64,000 nt of DNA from the NCBI GenBank assembly GCA_020072565.1, contig JAIQGI010000010.1, positions 64,592 through 128,591 of the forward strand, read 5' to 3'. The notes below the pieces were generated by a model. That model did not search any database, was not told the origin of the DNA, and saw only the letters and a program-made list of their open reading frames with translations. The DNA comes from Terriglobia bacterium. GTDB lineage: Bacteria > Acidobacteriota > UBA6911. This document shows positions 1-10,438 of this stretch, one piece after another; within the stretch, counting starts at the first letter, position 1, and each line of letters opens with the position of its first letter. The translations under genes and the position numbers were made by a program.

Positions 1-14
1 AGGGACCGCGCGTC

Positions 15-2768
15 ATGGCCCAGGCGCCCGATCTCATATCGACCCTCCTTACCGACTATAAGTGGCGGAGCATCGGGCCGGGCGCCGCCGGCGGCCGGAT
101 CACGGACGTGGAGGCACTCGATGCCGACTTCCGCTTTGCTATCGCGGCAGCCGCATCAGGGGGCGTCTGGAAAACAACCAACGCCGGCACAACCTGGACG
201 CCCATCTTCGATCATTACGGCGCCTCGTCGATCGGCGACATCGCGATCTTTCAGAAGGACCCGCGGATCTTGTGGGTCGGCACCGGCGAAGCCAACAATC
301 GCAATAGCGTCGCCTGGGGCGACGGCATCTACAAGTCGAGCGACGGCGGCCAGACCTTCCAAAACGCCGGACTCAAGGACACCTTCCAGATCGCACGCGT
401 CGTGACGCATCCGGCCGATCCCGACATCGTCTATGTTGCGGCCGTCGGCAATCTCTGGGGCTATACAGGCGATCGCGGGGTCTTCAAGACGGTCGACGGC
501 GGCAGAACGTGGCAGAAACTTACGAACGGTTTGCCCAACGACGGCAAGAGCGGCGCAACCGATCTCGCCATGGATCCCGGCAACCCGGAAGTGCTTTATG
601 CTGCGTTTTATCAGCGGCTGCGCACGCCGTGGCGCTTTGACAGCGGCGGCCCGAACGGCGGCATCTTCAAGACGACCGACGGCGGCAGGACATGGCAGAA
701 ACTGACGAAGGGGCTGCCGGCGGGCGACACGGGACGCATTGGCATTAATGTGTATCGTAAGAATCCAAAAATCATCATGGCGATCGTCGAGCATGGCTTC
801 CGGCCGCAGCGAGGATCCCCGGAATACGCCGATATGACCAAGCTCGGCTCGGGTATCTATCGATCCGAGGACGGCGGCGAGAGCTGGCAATACCTCAACC
901 GGTACAATAACCGCCCGTTCTACTACAGCCAGATTCGCATCAACCCCTCGGACGATCAGCTGGTGTACGTATTGACGACGAGCTTTCAGTGGTCGAAGGA
1001 CGGCGGCAAGACTTTCGCACAGGCGCCGGCCCCATTCGGGCCGAACTACGATCACCACGCAATGTGGATCGATCCGGCAATCAAGGATCGCTTCTACCTT
1101 GGCGACGACAAGGGGCTGGCGCTCACGCATGATCACGGTGCGACGTTCATCTTTTTTGACAACCTGCCGATTGCGCAGTTCTACAAGGTCAACGCCGACC
1201 TGCGCGAGCCGTATGCCGTCTATGGCGGGTTGCAGGACAACGGCTCGTGGGCGACCAGGAGCTTTACCCGCGATGCCCTCGGCATCCGCAACGATGCCGC
1301 ATGGAAGATGCACTGGGACGACGGCCAGTACGTGGCGATCGATCCCACCGACTGGCGCACGGTGTATTCGGAGGGGACTCAAGGCTCGTTCCGGGTCGTG
1401 GATCCTATCAGCCACACGGACACGGCACGCCGGGCGACGCCGCGCAACATCGTCAACTTCCAGGAGAGGACGGGCAAGGATCCATCCGCGCCAGACGCCT
1501 CTCAGGCGCTCCGATTCAATTGGACGACTCCTTTCATCATCTCGCCGCACGATCCCAAGGTCGTGTATTACGGCACCAACTATCTGCTGAAGACCACAGA
1601 CAAGGGCCTGACATGGCAGATCGTCAGCCCTGACCTGACGAAAAACGATCCTGCCAGGAATCAGCGGGGCTCGGGCGGGCTCACACCTGAAAATACGGGC
1701 GCAGAGGCCTACGCAACGATCTACTCGATTTCCGAGTCGCCGGTGGCCAGGGGGCTGATCTGGGCAGGCACCGACGACGGCAATGTCTGGGTGACGCGCG
1801 ATGGCGGCGCGAACTGGACCGAGGTCGACGCGGCTATTCCGGACGTGCCGAAGGGGTTGTGTGTGAGCCGCGTGGCGGCGTCGGCCGTCGATGCGAATAC
1901 AGCGTACGTCTCTTTCGACGGCCACAGAAGCGACAACCGCGCGGCGTGGTTATTCAGAACCACCGACGGAGGCAAGACGTGGGTGAGCCTGTCGGCCGGC
2001 CTCGCACCCGGTCAGCCGGTCTACGTTGTGGAAGAAGACGCAAGGAACCCGGACCTGCTGTTCGTAGGCACCGAGTTCGGATTGCAGGTGTCGTTGGACC
2101 GAGGGCACTCATGGCGCCCGATGATGAATGGCCTGCCGACCGTTGCAGTGTATGACATCGTCATTCATCCGCGCGACCGGGACGTCATCATCGGCACGCA
2201 CGGGCGCGGCATCTACATCCTCGACGACATCACCGCGCTCGAGGAGTGGCGCCCGGCGCTCGCGGCCAAGCCGGCGCATCTGTTCGTTCAACGTCCGGCG
2301 ACGATCTGGGAGGATCAAAGCCGCACCGGCCAAATGGGCGATAACACCTACGCGGGCCAGAATCCGCCGTATGTTCAACAGATCAACCTGGCTCAGCGCG
2401 ATCGCACGCATCTCGTGAACACGCCGCTCATCACCTTCTATCTGGGAGCCGGCGCGACCGGCACGGCCACGGTCGAGATCACGAGCCCCGATGGCCGGTC
2501 GCGCAAGCTCGCAGTCCCGGCCAGGCCGGGCATCATCCGGTACGCCTGGGACGGGCGCTTCGACGGAGCAGCGGGCGGCACGCCCCAAGGCCAGCGCGGC
2601 GGGCGCGGTGCCGGTGGTGCTGGTGCCACCGCGTCGGAGAGCGGGGGTCAAAGAGGCGCCGGTACCGCTCGTCCGGTGCCGGGCACCTACTCGCTGAGGC
2701 TCACACTCGGCAACAGCACGGCGACCGGAACGCTTGAGCTGAGGCCGGATCCTTTGCTGAAACAATGA
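15..2768 (+). CDS. BNR/Asp-box repeat beta-propeller protein (sortilin/Vps10- or GH74-like); possibly 5'-partial
   Basis: 917-aa ORF with at least 9 Asp-box motifs (WKTTNAGTTW, YKSSDGGQTF, FKTVDGGRTW, FKTTDGGRTW, YRSEDGGESW, WSKDGGKTF, LKTTDKGLTW, VTRDGGANW, RTTDGGKTW). Gly/Arg-rich low-complexity C-terminal tail. No signal peptide at Met15 and the frame is open to base 3, so the true start may lie upstream of the window. Confidence 0.8.
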   Translation: MAQAPDLISTLLTDYKWRSIGPGAAGGRITDVEALDADFRFAIAAAASGGVWKTTNAGTTWTPIFDHYGASSIGDIAIFQKDPRILWVGTGEANNRNSVAWGDGIYKSSDGGQTFQNAGLKDTFQIARVVTHPADPDIVYVAAVGNLWGYTGDRGVFKTVDGGRTWQKLTNGLPNDGKSGATDLAMDPGNPEVLYAAFYQRLRTPWRFDSGGPNGGIFKTTDGGRTWQKLTKGLPAGDTGRIGINVYRKNPKIIMAIVEHGFRPQRGSPEYADMTKLGSGIYRSEDGGESWQYLNRYNNRPFYYSQIRINPSDDQLVYVLTTSFQWSKDGGKTFAQAPAPFGPNYDHHAMWIDPAIKDRFYLGDDKGLALTHDHGATFIFFDNLPIAQFYKVNADLREPYAVYGGLQDNGSWATRSFTRDALGIRNDAAWKMHWDDGQYVAIDPTDWRTVYSEGTQGSFRVVDPISHTDTARRATPRNIVNFQERTGKDPSAPDASQALRFNWTTPFIISPHDPKVVYYGTNYLLKTTDKGLTWQIVSPDLTKNDPARNQRGSGGLTPENTGAEAYATIYSISESPVARGLIWAGTDDGNVWVTRDGGANWTEVDAAIPDVPKGLCVSRVAASAVDANTAYVSFDGHRSDNRAAWLFRTTDGGKTWVSLSAGLAPGQPVYVVEEDARNPDLLFVGTEFGLQVSLDRGHSWRPMMNGLPTVAVYDIVIHPRDRDVIIGTHGRGIYILDDITALEEWRPALAAKPAHLFVQRPATIWEDQSRTGQMGDNTYAGQNPPYVQQINLAQRDRTHLVNTPLITFYLGAGATGTATVEITSPDGRSRKLAVPARPGIIRYAWDGRFDGAAGGTPQGQRGGRGAGGAGATASESGGQRGAGTARPVPGTYSLRLTLGNSTATGTLELRPDPLLKQ

Positions 2769-2967
2769 CAGTTTCATGAAGATCACTCCCATCCGGGAAG
2801 ACATCGCAATTCCCTTGTACGGCAAGATAGGACGTCTTATAAGTCTCACAACTCGATACGCGGATCGCGTGTCGAGACTCAGGATCAGAGCGGGAAAAAC
2901 GTCGCTTCACCGCGGTCGTGGATCTAAGAACCCGGGCTCGGACGCAGGCGGCAGGGAGAACAATTCT

Positions 2968-4971
2968 ATGAAAACGGCGAGAATCGTCTTCATTCTAAGT
3001 GTCGAGCTGGTACTCACAGCTACCTTGGGCTTAAAGTCGGCAGGCGTCCAGGATGCCGCGGTTCTTCAGAAGGCGGACCCTCCGGCAAATGCGGTCTGGG
3101 TCGACAGTCTCGACCTTGCCAGAGCATCCATCCGCCGGCCTCGCGCAGCACGCGGCCAGGCAACACCGCCTCCGCCCCTGACCTTCTCGCTCGGCGGCGC
3201 CGTCTACCCGCACGCCGTCCCGCTTCAGGCCAACGCGGACCTGGCGATCGATCTCAAAGGACAGGCGATCCGGTTCATGGCCATGGTCGGCATCGACGAT
3301 GAGCGCAAGTCCGGCCAGGGCTCGGTGACCTTCGATGTGTGGATCGACGGCAAGAAGGCTGCCGATTCGGGGCTCATGAAGAGCGGTGATGCGCCCAAAC
3401 TGCTCTCCGTTGATCTGAGAGGCGCCAAGCGCCTGATACTTGCGGTGGGCGACGGCGGCGACGGCACGCGTGACGACTCCGCAGACTGGGGCGGCGCGTT
3501 GATCGTGCTCGCAGAAGGAACCCAAGGGCGGCCGGAGACGATTGTTTTGCCGATCGAGCCTCCGCCTGCCATCGCGCCAAGCCGAACCCCGCAGACCAGC
3601 ATAAATGAACCGCGCGTTACCGGTGCAACGCCGGGCCGGCCCTTCCTCTTCCTGATCCCCGCCTCGGGCGACGGGCCGCTGACTTTCGCGGCAAAGAATC
3701 TGCCCACCGGCCTCACTCTCGATCCGAAGACAGGCATCATTACGGGTACATTGAAGCAGGCGGGAAAAACCGTCGTCGAGCTGACTGTGAACGGTCCCAG
3801 GGGGAAGGCGACGAGTACGCTGACGATCGTCGGTGGTGACCGCACGCTGGCGCTGACACCGCCGCTGGGATGGAATTCGTGGAACGTCTGGGGTGGTGTC
3901 GTTGACGACGCGAAGGTGCGTGCGGCCGCTGACGGCATGGTGAGCAGCGGACTGGCGGCGCAGGGCTACACTTACATCAACATCGATGACGCGTGGGAGG
4001 GATCCCGCGACGCCAACGGCGAGATCACCACCAACGAGAAGTTTCCTGATATGAAGGCGCTCGCCGACTACGTTCACAGCAAGGGGCTGAAGATCGGCAT
4101 CTACTCATCTCCCGGGCCGCGCACCTGCCAGCAGAAGTACGCCGGCAGCTGGCAGCACGAGGAACAGGATGCGGCGACGTACGCGAAGTGGGGCTTCGAT
4201 TACCTGAAGTACGACTGGTGCTCCTACAGCGAGATCGCGCCGAATCCGACCCTCGAAGATCGCCAGAAGCCCTATCGGGTGATGCGCTCCGCGCTCGACA
4301 AACTCTCCCGTGATGTCGTCTACAGCCTTTGCCAGTATGGCGCGGGGAATGTGTGGGAATGGGGAGAGCAGGTGGGAGGCAACCTCTGGCGTATGACCGG
4401 CGACATCACCGACACGTGGTCCAGCATGGCGGGCATCGGTTTTGCCCAGACCGGGCGCGAGAAGTACGCAGGGCCGGGCCACTGGAACGACACGGATATG
4501 CTCGTGGTGGGAAAGGTCGGCTGGGGGCGCGACCTCCGCGACAGCAGGCTGACGCCGAACGAGCAGATCACGCATATCACGCTGTGGACTCTGCAGGCGG
4601 CCCCGATGCTGATAGGCGCGGACATGTCCCGGCTCGAGCGTTTCACCATCGATCTGCTGGGCAATCGCGAGGTGTTGGCCGTAAGCCAGGATGTGCTCGG
4701 CAGACCGGCCGGACGCATCGTCGGCGACGGCCGGACCGAAATCTGGGCGCGGCCGCTCTCGGACGGGACCATGGCTGTCGGCTTGTTCAACCGTGGTCCC
4801 GAGGCGACCCGAGTCACAGCCAGGTTCTCCGACCTGGGTCTGAAAGGCAGTCAGCCGGTGCGCGACCTGTGGCTGCAAAAGAATCTCGGCAGCGCGAGCA
4901 ATGAGTTCTCGGCAACCGTGCCCCGGCATGGCGCCGTGCTCGTCAAGATCGGACAGCCGTCGCGGAAATAA
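2968..4971 (+). CDS. secreted alpha-galactosidase (GH27) with N-terminal NPCBM-like carbohydrate-binding domain
   Basis: GH27 hallmarks (LGWNSWN..., YINIDDAWEG, KGLKIGIYSSPG, FDYLKYDWC). NPCBM-like segment (VWVDSLDL...DVWIDGK...DDSADWGGALIV). Start moved from track ATG 2776 to in-frame ATG 2968, which has a GGGAGAA SD and begins a signal peptide (MKTARIVFILSVELVLTATLG). Confidence 0.85.
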   Translation: MKTARIVFILSVELVLTATLGLKSAGVQDAAVLQKADPPANAVWVDSLDLARASIRRPRAARGQATPPPPLTFSLGGAVYPHAVPLQANADLAIDLKGQAIRFMAMVGIDDERKSGQGSVTFDVWIDGKKAADSGLMKSGDAPKLLSVDLRGAKRLILAVGDGGDGTRDDSADWGGALIVLAEGTQGRPETIVLPIEPPPAIAPSRTPQTSINEPRVTGATPGRPFLFLIPASGDGPLTFAAKNLPTGLTLDPKTGIITGTLKQAGKTVVELTVNGPRGKATSTLTIVGGDRTLALTPPLGWNSWNVWGGVVDDAKVRAAADGMVSSGLAAQGYTYINIDDAWEGSRDANGEITTNEKFPDMKALADYVHSKGLKIGIYSSPGPRTCQQKYAGSWQHEEQDAATYAKWGFDYLKYDWCSYSEIAPNPTLEDRQKPYRVMRSALDKLSRDVVYSLCQYGAGNVWEWGEQVGGNLWRMTGDITDTWSSMAGIGFAQTGREKYAGPGHWNDTDMLVVGKVGWGRDLRDSRLTPNEQITHITLWTLQAAPMLIGADMSRLERFTIDLLGNREVLAVSQDVLGRPAGRIVGDGRTEIWARPLSDGTMAVGLFNRGPEATRVTARFSDLGLKGSQPVRDLWLQKNLGSASNEFSATVPRHGAVLVKIGQPSRK

Positions 4972-4989
4972 TCCCCGGTAACTCAGAAG

Positions 4990-5026
4990 CCACGAAATAC
5001 ACGAAACGGAATTTGTGTATTTCGTG
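4990..5026. repeat. post-stop palindromic hairpin motif, copy A (CCACGAAATACAC-12 nt loop-GTGTATTTCGTG), candidate terminator/REP-like element
   Basis: Perfect 12-bp stem (4991-5002 / 5015-5026), 20-44 nt after the alpha-galactosidase stop. Shares the GTGT-N-TTTCGTG(GC) arm with copies at about 28646-28661 and 39842-39861. Confidence 0.5.
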
Positions 5027-5339
5027 ATTGCACAAGGGCATCCTGAGATCAGGACATTCGAACCCACCGGATGAGAGTGCCGGACGAGGGGGGCTTGCCG
5101 AACATCATCGAGTTCAAGCCCGCCCCGGGCATTGCGAAAGCTGCGCTTCCTCTCCCCGGCCGCCCGATCTGAGAAAGCATTGAATGGAGCGTTGAACATG
5201 TTCAAGGGGGGATTTGTTGCCATATGAAGCCGATCTCCTCGCAGCTTACTCCGCTGCAAGGCTCCGGGCGAAATCCTGATAAATAACGCAGAACGTCGAC
5301 CGATCCAATTGGATCACAATCCTTCAAGAAGGAGGAATC

Positions 5340-5741
5340 ATGCGAGCGCCGCTTCGGATTCGCAAGTTACAAACAGCTGGTGCCGATGTAACGGAAGGCA
5401 GACAAGCCCCAGGCGACATGTACATGGCGCGGCTTGTCAAATTGATTCCATCCGAAGTCATCGGCATCTTCGTCGCGGGCAAGGGCTACGCCGAAAAATG
5501 GCTCGGAATCTGGTCGCTCATTTGTCTGGCGCTTGTGTTTGTCAGTCGCATCTTGGGCACGAGCGAACCAGCCAAAAGGGTTCAGTGGTGGGGCGTGGGG
5601 GTCTCGGCGGTATCGTTCGTAATCTGGGTCTATGCGATTGGCGCAAACATTCTGGATTTTCAACTAAGTGACAAAGGTGTTGCCTATATCGCCGTCCTCC
5701 TCTGGACGTTCGCCGTCCCCTATCTCTATAAAGGCGATTGA
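5340..5741 (+). CDS. hypothetical small integral membrane protein (3 predicted TM helices)
   Basis: AAGGAGG SD 4-5 nt before ATG 5340. Three hydrophobic helices (IGIFVAGKG..WSLICLALVFV; VQWWGVGVSAVSFVIWVYAIG; VAYIAVLLWTFAVPYLY). No family recognised. Confidence 0.5.
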   Translation: MRAPLRIRKLQTAGADVTEGRQAPGDMYMARLVKLIPSEVIGIFVAGKGYAEKWLGIWSLICLALVFVSRILGTSEPAKRVQWWGVGVSAVSFVIWVYAIGANILDFQLSDKGVAYIAVLLWTFAVPYLYKGD

Positions 5742-5765
5742 GTCCTCTCTCAGTGGTAAGCATAA

Positions 5766-8288
5766 TTACGTAGAGGAACGTTCCATCAAGTCAACTTCAT
5801 GGAAGGTCCTGGCGGACCGATCAACGGCAAAAGATTTCAGCTCGAATGCGCGCAGTTCAATGGGATGTTCTATGGCCAGAGCCGGAATTGTGACGATCAC
5901 GGGCTGGGGGCGGCCGGTTGTTTCAAAGAGACGCAGAATGATGTGCTTTCCGTCTTCGGACAACTTCCACGCCCCGAGCTGTATTGCCGGATTTGACAAG
6001 CGAATTCCAGCGACGGGCATCTCCCCTCCTCCGGAAGGAAACACACAAAGTGCGAGACACGGCTCATTTTTAAAGCCGGCTTCCTTAGATATCCGCTCAA
6101 ATCGATCATGCGCCGGGCCACAATTCATCCAGAAGGTAAACTTGTGCTCTCCCTGATCCATGCGGGCTTCGAAACGATCCTGCCGCACAATCGGCGTGAG
6201 GTCATTTATCGGGTGTCCGGAATAGGCCGCAGATCGAAGCAGTGAGAGACGCAGTTCCCCATCTTTGAAATCAAAACCGTAGGTTCGATCATTGATCACT
6301 GTCAGGGCGTATTCCTGATTCGCGGATTGAATTGCCAGCCATTTTTGGGCAACCTGCTCATCTCCATCGGGTGCGAACTCCTCCACACCGTATGGCACCT
6401 GTCCAAAACACCGGCCGTCATGATAATGAGTCGGGATCGAAAGCTTGAGCATCCGGTCCTTCTCCTCCCAGAATACACGCACTTCCAGTTCAATCTCACT
6501 TCCTCTCGCAGGAATACGGTAGCGTAGCAGCATTCGGGAGAAATTGTATCGAAGCATAACTTCGACAACGCTTCGCACCGGCCCGCGTTCGATCACCCGA
6601 ACCGGAGGGAGAGTCTCTGAATCGACGCCGCTAAATTCCGCTGCTTCTTGACCGGTCATTAATCGAAAGATCCCAGTGCGATTACGGAACGAGCTTACGT
6701 TCATTCCCCAGGGATCGGCGTTGTCTCTCATGACCATGGGCAAAAATGCGCCGTGACGCAGCACCTCCTCACCCCGCACCCGATAACGGTCGATCAATCC
6801 GGTACTACCGTTGATTTCCACAAGGCAGTCCTCGTTTTGAAACACCAGATTGGCGACATCTGCCGGGACCCTCTCTGCCACAGGATTCAGAACAGGCACT
6901 TTGCGCAATCGGCAGGAAAATCGGTGCATCGCAGAGGCACGCAGCGGGCTTGTGAAAACGATCCGCTTCCGTTGGTCGATTGCGATATTACAGCTCTCTT
7001 TTTCAAGCTGAACAGGTATGGTGTTGCCATGCTCGTCAAATAGTTCGGGCCTCCAGAAAGTGGACTTATCGAAATTCGGTTCTGGAGGCTGAAACTCACA
7101 AATAACGGTATCCTCACCATCATGCGGGTGCGAATTATAGACAAAGATGGGAAATTCCCCATCGCCCGCTTCCGGTTGTCCGGACAGGAATTTGAAGAAT
7201 ACGTCTGCGCGGACTCGAGCAAGAATTTCCAGGCTATGGTGGAGTTTCTGCAGCACCGATTCTTCCACTTCGGCGACTGATGTGCCGGATAGTGAATCGT
7301 GAAATTCGCAGAATAGCAATTCCTCCAGGGCCCGGCGAAGCTCAGGTTGGGGGTAGTCGGCACCAATTTGCAGAAACGCATTCATCGCCATGCGCTCGGT
7401 CATGAAGAAAGCATTCTCGAGTTGGCGGTGCTTGCCTTTGACCCGCGCCATGGAGGTATAGCAACCTACTCCCCAGGGATTCAATCCTGTCCTGACACGA
7501 TTCAACGAATCCACACGGGATTGCAGCCAGTCAAAGTATTCTTCAGGGGTCCCGTGTTCGATGGTTCGCCGGGTTTCTTCCGATCGCAGACGAGCGATCT
7601 GCAGTAAATCCTCGCGCGACGGGCCGCCACCATGATTACCGATTCCCCACAGCAACAAGCCGACGCACCGATCGGAATTTGCATCGAGCCATTTTTGAAC
7701 CTTCGCACCGGCCTTGCCCGATTCAGAATTGTAATGGTCCGGCGGACGATGGCAGAGTATCTCCGATCTGTTATATCCCACCCAGACAAAGTCGGGATTA
7801 TCCAGCGCAAATGTGCTTTCTCCCGGCCGGCAAAACAGGTATCCCCGGTAACCGGATTTGACGAGAATCTGCACTAAGCCGCGTGAGTGCCCGAATGGAT
7901 CCAGGTTTACCCCGACCGTCGGTTCGACCCCGAACTTTTTCAGAAAGTATCGTTTGCCGGCCAAAATCTGGCGCACGAACGATTCGCCACACGGAAGATT
8001 GCAGTCTGGCTGCAGGTACCAGCCCCCCATGATGTGCCATTTCTTTGCGGCAACCAGTTGTTGGATCCTGCGAAACAGTTCCGGCTCGTGTTCCTCCACC
8101 CATAGATAGAGCAACGCCTCGTTGTGACAAAACACGAAGCTGTCGAACTCCTCGCAAAAACGCGCGGCCATCCGGAATGTCGACAGCGTCTCGGCCAGCC
8201 CTTCTTCCCAATTCCATAACCATACCGGGTCCAGGTGGGCGTTACAGACGAGGTAGAGTTTCTTTTCCGAGGTTTTATTCATATCCAT
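5766..8288 (-). CDS. alpha-mannosidase, glycoside hydrolase family 38
   Basis: GH38 N-terminal catalytic-domain signature (LYLVCNAHLDPVWLWNWEE..., HIMGGWYLQPDCNLPCGESFVRQ, NLDPFGHSRGLVQIL) and a long C-terminal beta-sandwich region. ATG at 8288 abuts the stop of the upstream gene (TGAATG). Confidence 0.85.
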   Translation of the reverse strand: MDMNKTSEKKLYLVCNAHLDPVWLWNWEEGLAETLSTFRMAARFCEEFDSFVFCHNEALLYLWVEEHEPELFRRIQQLVAAKKWHIMGGWYLQPDCNLPCGESFVRQILAGKRYFLKKFGVEPTVGVNLDPFGHSRGLVQILVKSGYRGYLFCRPGESTFALDNPDFVWVGYNRSEILCHRPPDHYNSESGKAGAKVQKWLDANSDRCVGLLLWGIGNHGGGPSREDLLQIARLRSEETRRTIEHGTPEEYFDWLQSRVDSLNRVRTGLNPWGVGCYTSMARVKGKHRQLENAFFMTERMAMNAFLQIGADYPQPELRRALEELLFCEFHDSLSGTSVAEVEESVLQKLHHSLEILARVRADVFFKFLSGQPEAGDGEFPIFVYNSHPHDGEDTVICEFQPPEPNFDKSTFWRPELFDEHGNTIPVQLEKESCNIAIDQRKRIVFTSPLRASAMHRFSCRLRKVPVLNPVAERVPADVANLVFQNEDCLVEINGSTGLIDRYRVRGEEVLRHGAFLPMVMRDNADPWGMNVSSFRNRTGIFRLMTGQEAAEFSGVDSETLPPVRVIERGPVRSVVEVMLRYNFSRMLLRYRIPARGSEIELEVRVFWEEKDRMLKLSIPTHYHDGRCFGQVPYGVEEFAPDGDEQVAQKWLAIQSANQEYALTVINDRTYGFDFKDGELRLSLLRSAAYSGHPINDLTPIVRQDRFEARMDQGEHKFTFWMNCGPAHDRFERISKEAGFKNEPCLALCVFPSGGGEMPVAGIRLSNPAIQLGAWKLSEDGKHIILRLFETTGRPQPVIVTIPALAIEHPIELRAFELKSFAVDRSARTFHEVDLMERSST

Positions 8289-10319
8289 TCATGCGCCTTG
8301 CGGGATCCTTCCCTCTATAAAGATGTCTTCACCTACAAAGGGAATCCTCACAGATTCGCCATCCGCCTTGACCGGACTCGAGTTGATATGAAATTGCGGT
8401 CTATCGATCAGGTCATCCTGGGAGAAGGTGAATCCTATGCGGCGCTCCCGGAATGGCATGCTTCCCTCGACATAGTTCAATCCCGGAAGCAAGCGCGGAC
8501 GAATTCGGATTGAGTTCTCCTCCGGCTGGAATCCCATTATGTTTTTGACGACCAGCATGACGACTTCAGCCCAATTCCAGGGCACGATCCCGTTTTGCGC
8601 GTAGGGTGGCGCAATTCGATTGCCATACATCTCGAAAAAGGCGCCCGCCGGATATTGAGGCAACGAAGCCAGCCAATCGATCACGCGCTGGACTTTCTCA
8701 TACTCACGCAGCTCCAGGTAGGCTCGGGCAATGTAGAGGGAGGCAAATGGCCACGGCCCGGCAGAATCGGGATCGGAATCCATGTGATAGCGGCCATACC
8801 CACCCATCTTCCAACCTTGATTCCATAAAGCTTCCAGTTGATCCATGGTTGTGCGGGCAATCTGAGATTCCGGAGAAACAAAACCGAGTACGATTGGCAG
8901 TGCCGACGCACTGTCAGGATCAAGCGGGTGTGGAATATCGCGAGCAAGTCCCACCTGCTCCGGCAGGCCGGCATTCGCCTTTGGAACGATGAACTCCTGG
9001 ATGGAACCATCGATTCCTCGGCGCTTGAAAAGTCCCCGTTCGCAGACCAGTGCATGAGTTGGATGGTGCAAAACCATGTCTTTCAATCGCTCCGCCTCCG
9101 ACTGCCAACGCTCCGCTTCCGGAAATTTCCCGATTTTCCGCGCCAGGTTGGCGGCGGCCGCCAACCCGATCGAAACGAATACCTGATACATCAACTCAAT
9201 ACCGGGCTCGATGCCGTAAATACTGTGCCGCTCCCAGTAATCCCGTTGATTGAACAGCAATCCCGAAACCGGCTCACGAAAAACCGGCCGTAAGGGAAAC
9301 TCGGCCGTGAGGAAAATCCGATTCCAGTTCGATTCCACAATGCTGAGATCTCCGGTCCAGAGCACATACTCAGAGAGTACGTGCAGCAGCGTTCCATTCT
9401 GGTCCAGTTCAGCGTCGGCAGGTTCGCGTATTTCACTGGAATCAACGGCGGATCCCTCGTCGGAAATGAACTCCCGCAGTAATCGCGTCAGCATTACTCT
9501 GGCAAGCCGAAAGTGACCGCACAGAATGATCGCGTGTATCATGAAGGACTGATCGCGAACCCATTCCCGGTTGTATTGCCAGATGCCGGCGTCGATCCTG
9601 CCGGTTCTGGAAATCACCGCCGGCAATTGCCGGGCGGCGGTTTGAAACAGGTGATCGATGGAAGCTGATGCCAACCGTATTTGCGCAGCCTCACTCCAAT
9701 ATAGAGCGCTCTCGCGATCCGAGGGTTTTGGATCCTTGAATTCCAATTCAATTCTCCGCCCGCTTTCGTCGATCGAATAGAGGATGAGTAGCTCCTTTTC
9801 ACATCTTGCATTCAGATGGACGCTTCGGAAGATCGATTGGGACCGGATTCCGGTTGCGATCGAGTAAAGCATTGGAACAGGCAGCGGATTCAGCAATCGG
9901 ATTTCACGGGCGATGCGCGGGGTGGAACGATCAGGACAATAAAACAGCTCGGATATCTCCAGCCCCTCTGTCCTCCAATCCACCCGAACGCGGGGCAATT
10001 CAAGGTCATTATCCCAGCTGACACTCAAATCCGTTCTCTCCAAAGGAAAATCGATCCCGCCCCGGCAGATGCACAGCATCGTTTTTTCAATACCCGTATC
10101 CGGATCGAAGGAGAGCGCTTCCCTCTTCATTCCGAGTTCCCGCGGGTTCATCACCAACAGACCGTAAGGAGAACCTTCGCCGGCCGGTGCATGCTGAACC
10201 GCACCTTGTATCAATCCGTTACCGATAAAAAAATAGCGGACATCACGCAACCGAGTCCTTACGTCAGGAGGACCCACGTTCGGATCATCGTGATAAACAT
10301 GCTCTTCGACATTGATCAT
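8289..10319 (-). CDS. six-hairpin (alpha/alpha)6-barrel glycosidase-like protein (GH15/GH63/debranching-enzyme-like), function unassigned
   Basis: 676-aa ORF; a central region resembles alpha/alpha-toroid glycosidases. Directly upstream of, and translationally coupled to, the GH38 gene. Family assignment by memory only. Confidence 0.4.
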   Translation of the reverse strand: MINVEEHVYHDDPNVGPPDVRTRLRDVRYFFIGNGLIQGAVQHAPAGEGSPYGLLVMNPRELGMKREALSFDPDTGIEKTMLCICRGGIDFPLERTDLSVSWDNDLELPRVRVDWRTEGLEISELFYCPDRSTPRIAREIRLLNPLPVPMLYSIATGIRSQSIFRSVHLNARCEKELLILYSIDESGRRIELEFKDPKPSDRESALYWSEAAQIRLASASIDHLFQTAARQLPAVISRTGRIDAGIWQYNREWVRDQSFMIHAIILCGHFRLARVMLTRLLREFISDEGSAVDSSEIREPADAELDQNGTLLHVLSEYVLWTGDLSIVESNWNRIFLTAEFPLRPVFREPVSGLLFNQRDYWERHSIYGIEPGIELMYQVFVSIGLAAAANLARKIGKFPEAERWQSEAERLKDMVLHHPTHALVCERGLFKRRGIDGSIQEFIVPKANAGLPEQVGLARDIPHPLDPDSASALPIVLGFVSPESQIARTTMDQLEALWNQGWKMGGYGRYHMDSDPDSAGPWPFASLYIARAYLELREYEKVQRVIDWLASLPQYPAGAFFEMYGNRIAPPYAQNGIVPWNWAEVVMLVVKNIMGFQPEENSIRIRPRLLPGLNYVEGSMPFRERRIGFTFSQDDLIDRPQFHINSSPVKADGESVRIPFVGEDIFIEGRIPQGA

Positions 10320-10438
10320 TCTGCCCGCCTGTTTTGCTGCTCTCCGGGAAAAAAGACGACCAGGCCTTGCTGGTACACATGGGTATCCGCGTTTTTTATT
10401 TGAGCCTTTGATGTGGAGCGCGTGAAAGCCGGCTCAAA

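Noticed and set aside
156-1925. Long antisense ORFs opposite real genes (e.g. 156..1925 -, 3031..4077 -, 19984..20892 -, 21072..22157 -, 22718..23695 -, 26541..28574 -, 38445..39296 -, 55525..56508 -)
   Set aside because: All lie wholly inside well-supported genes on the other strand. They have Arg/Ala/Pro/Gly-rich low-complexity composition typical of stop-codon-poor frames in about 65% GC DNA, and show no family resemblance.
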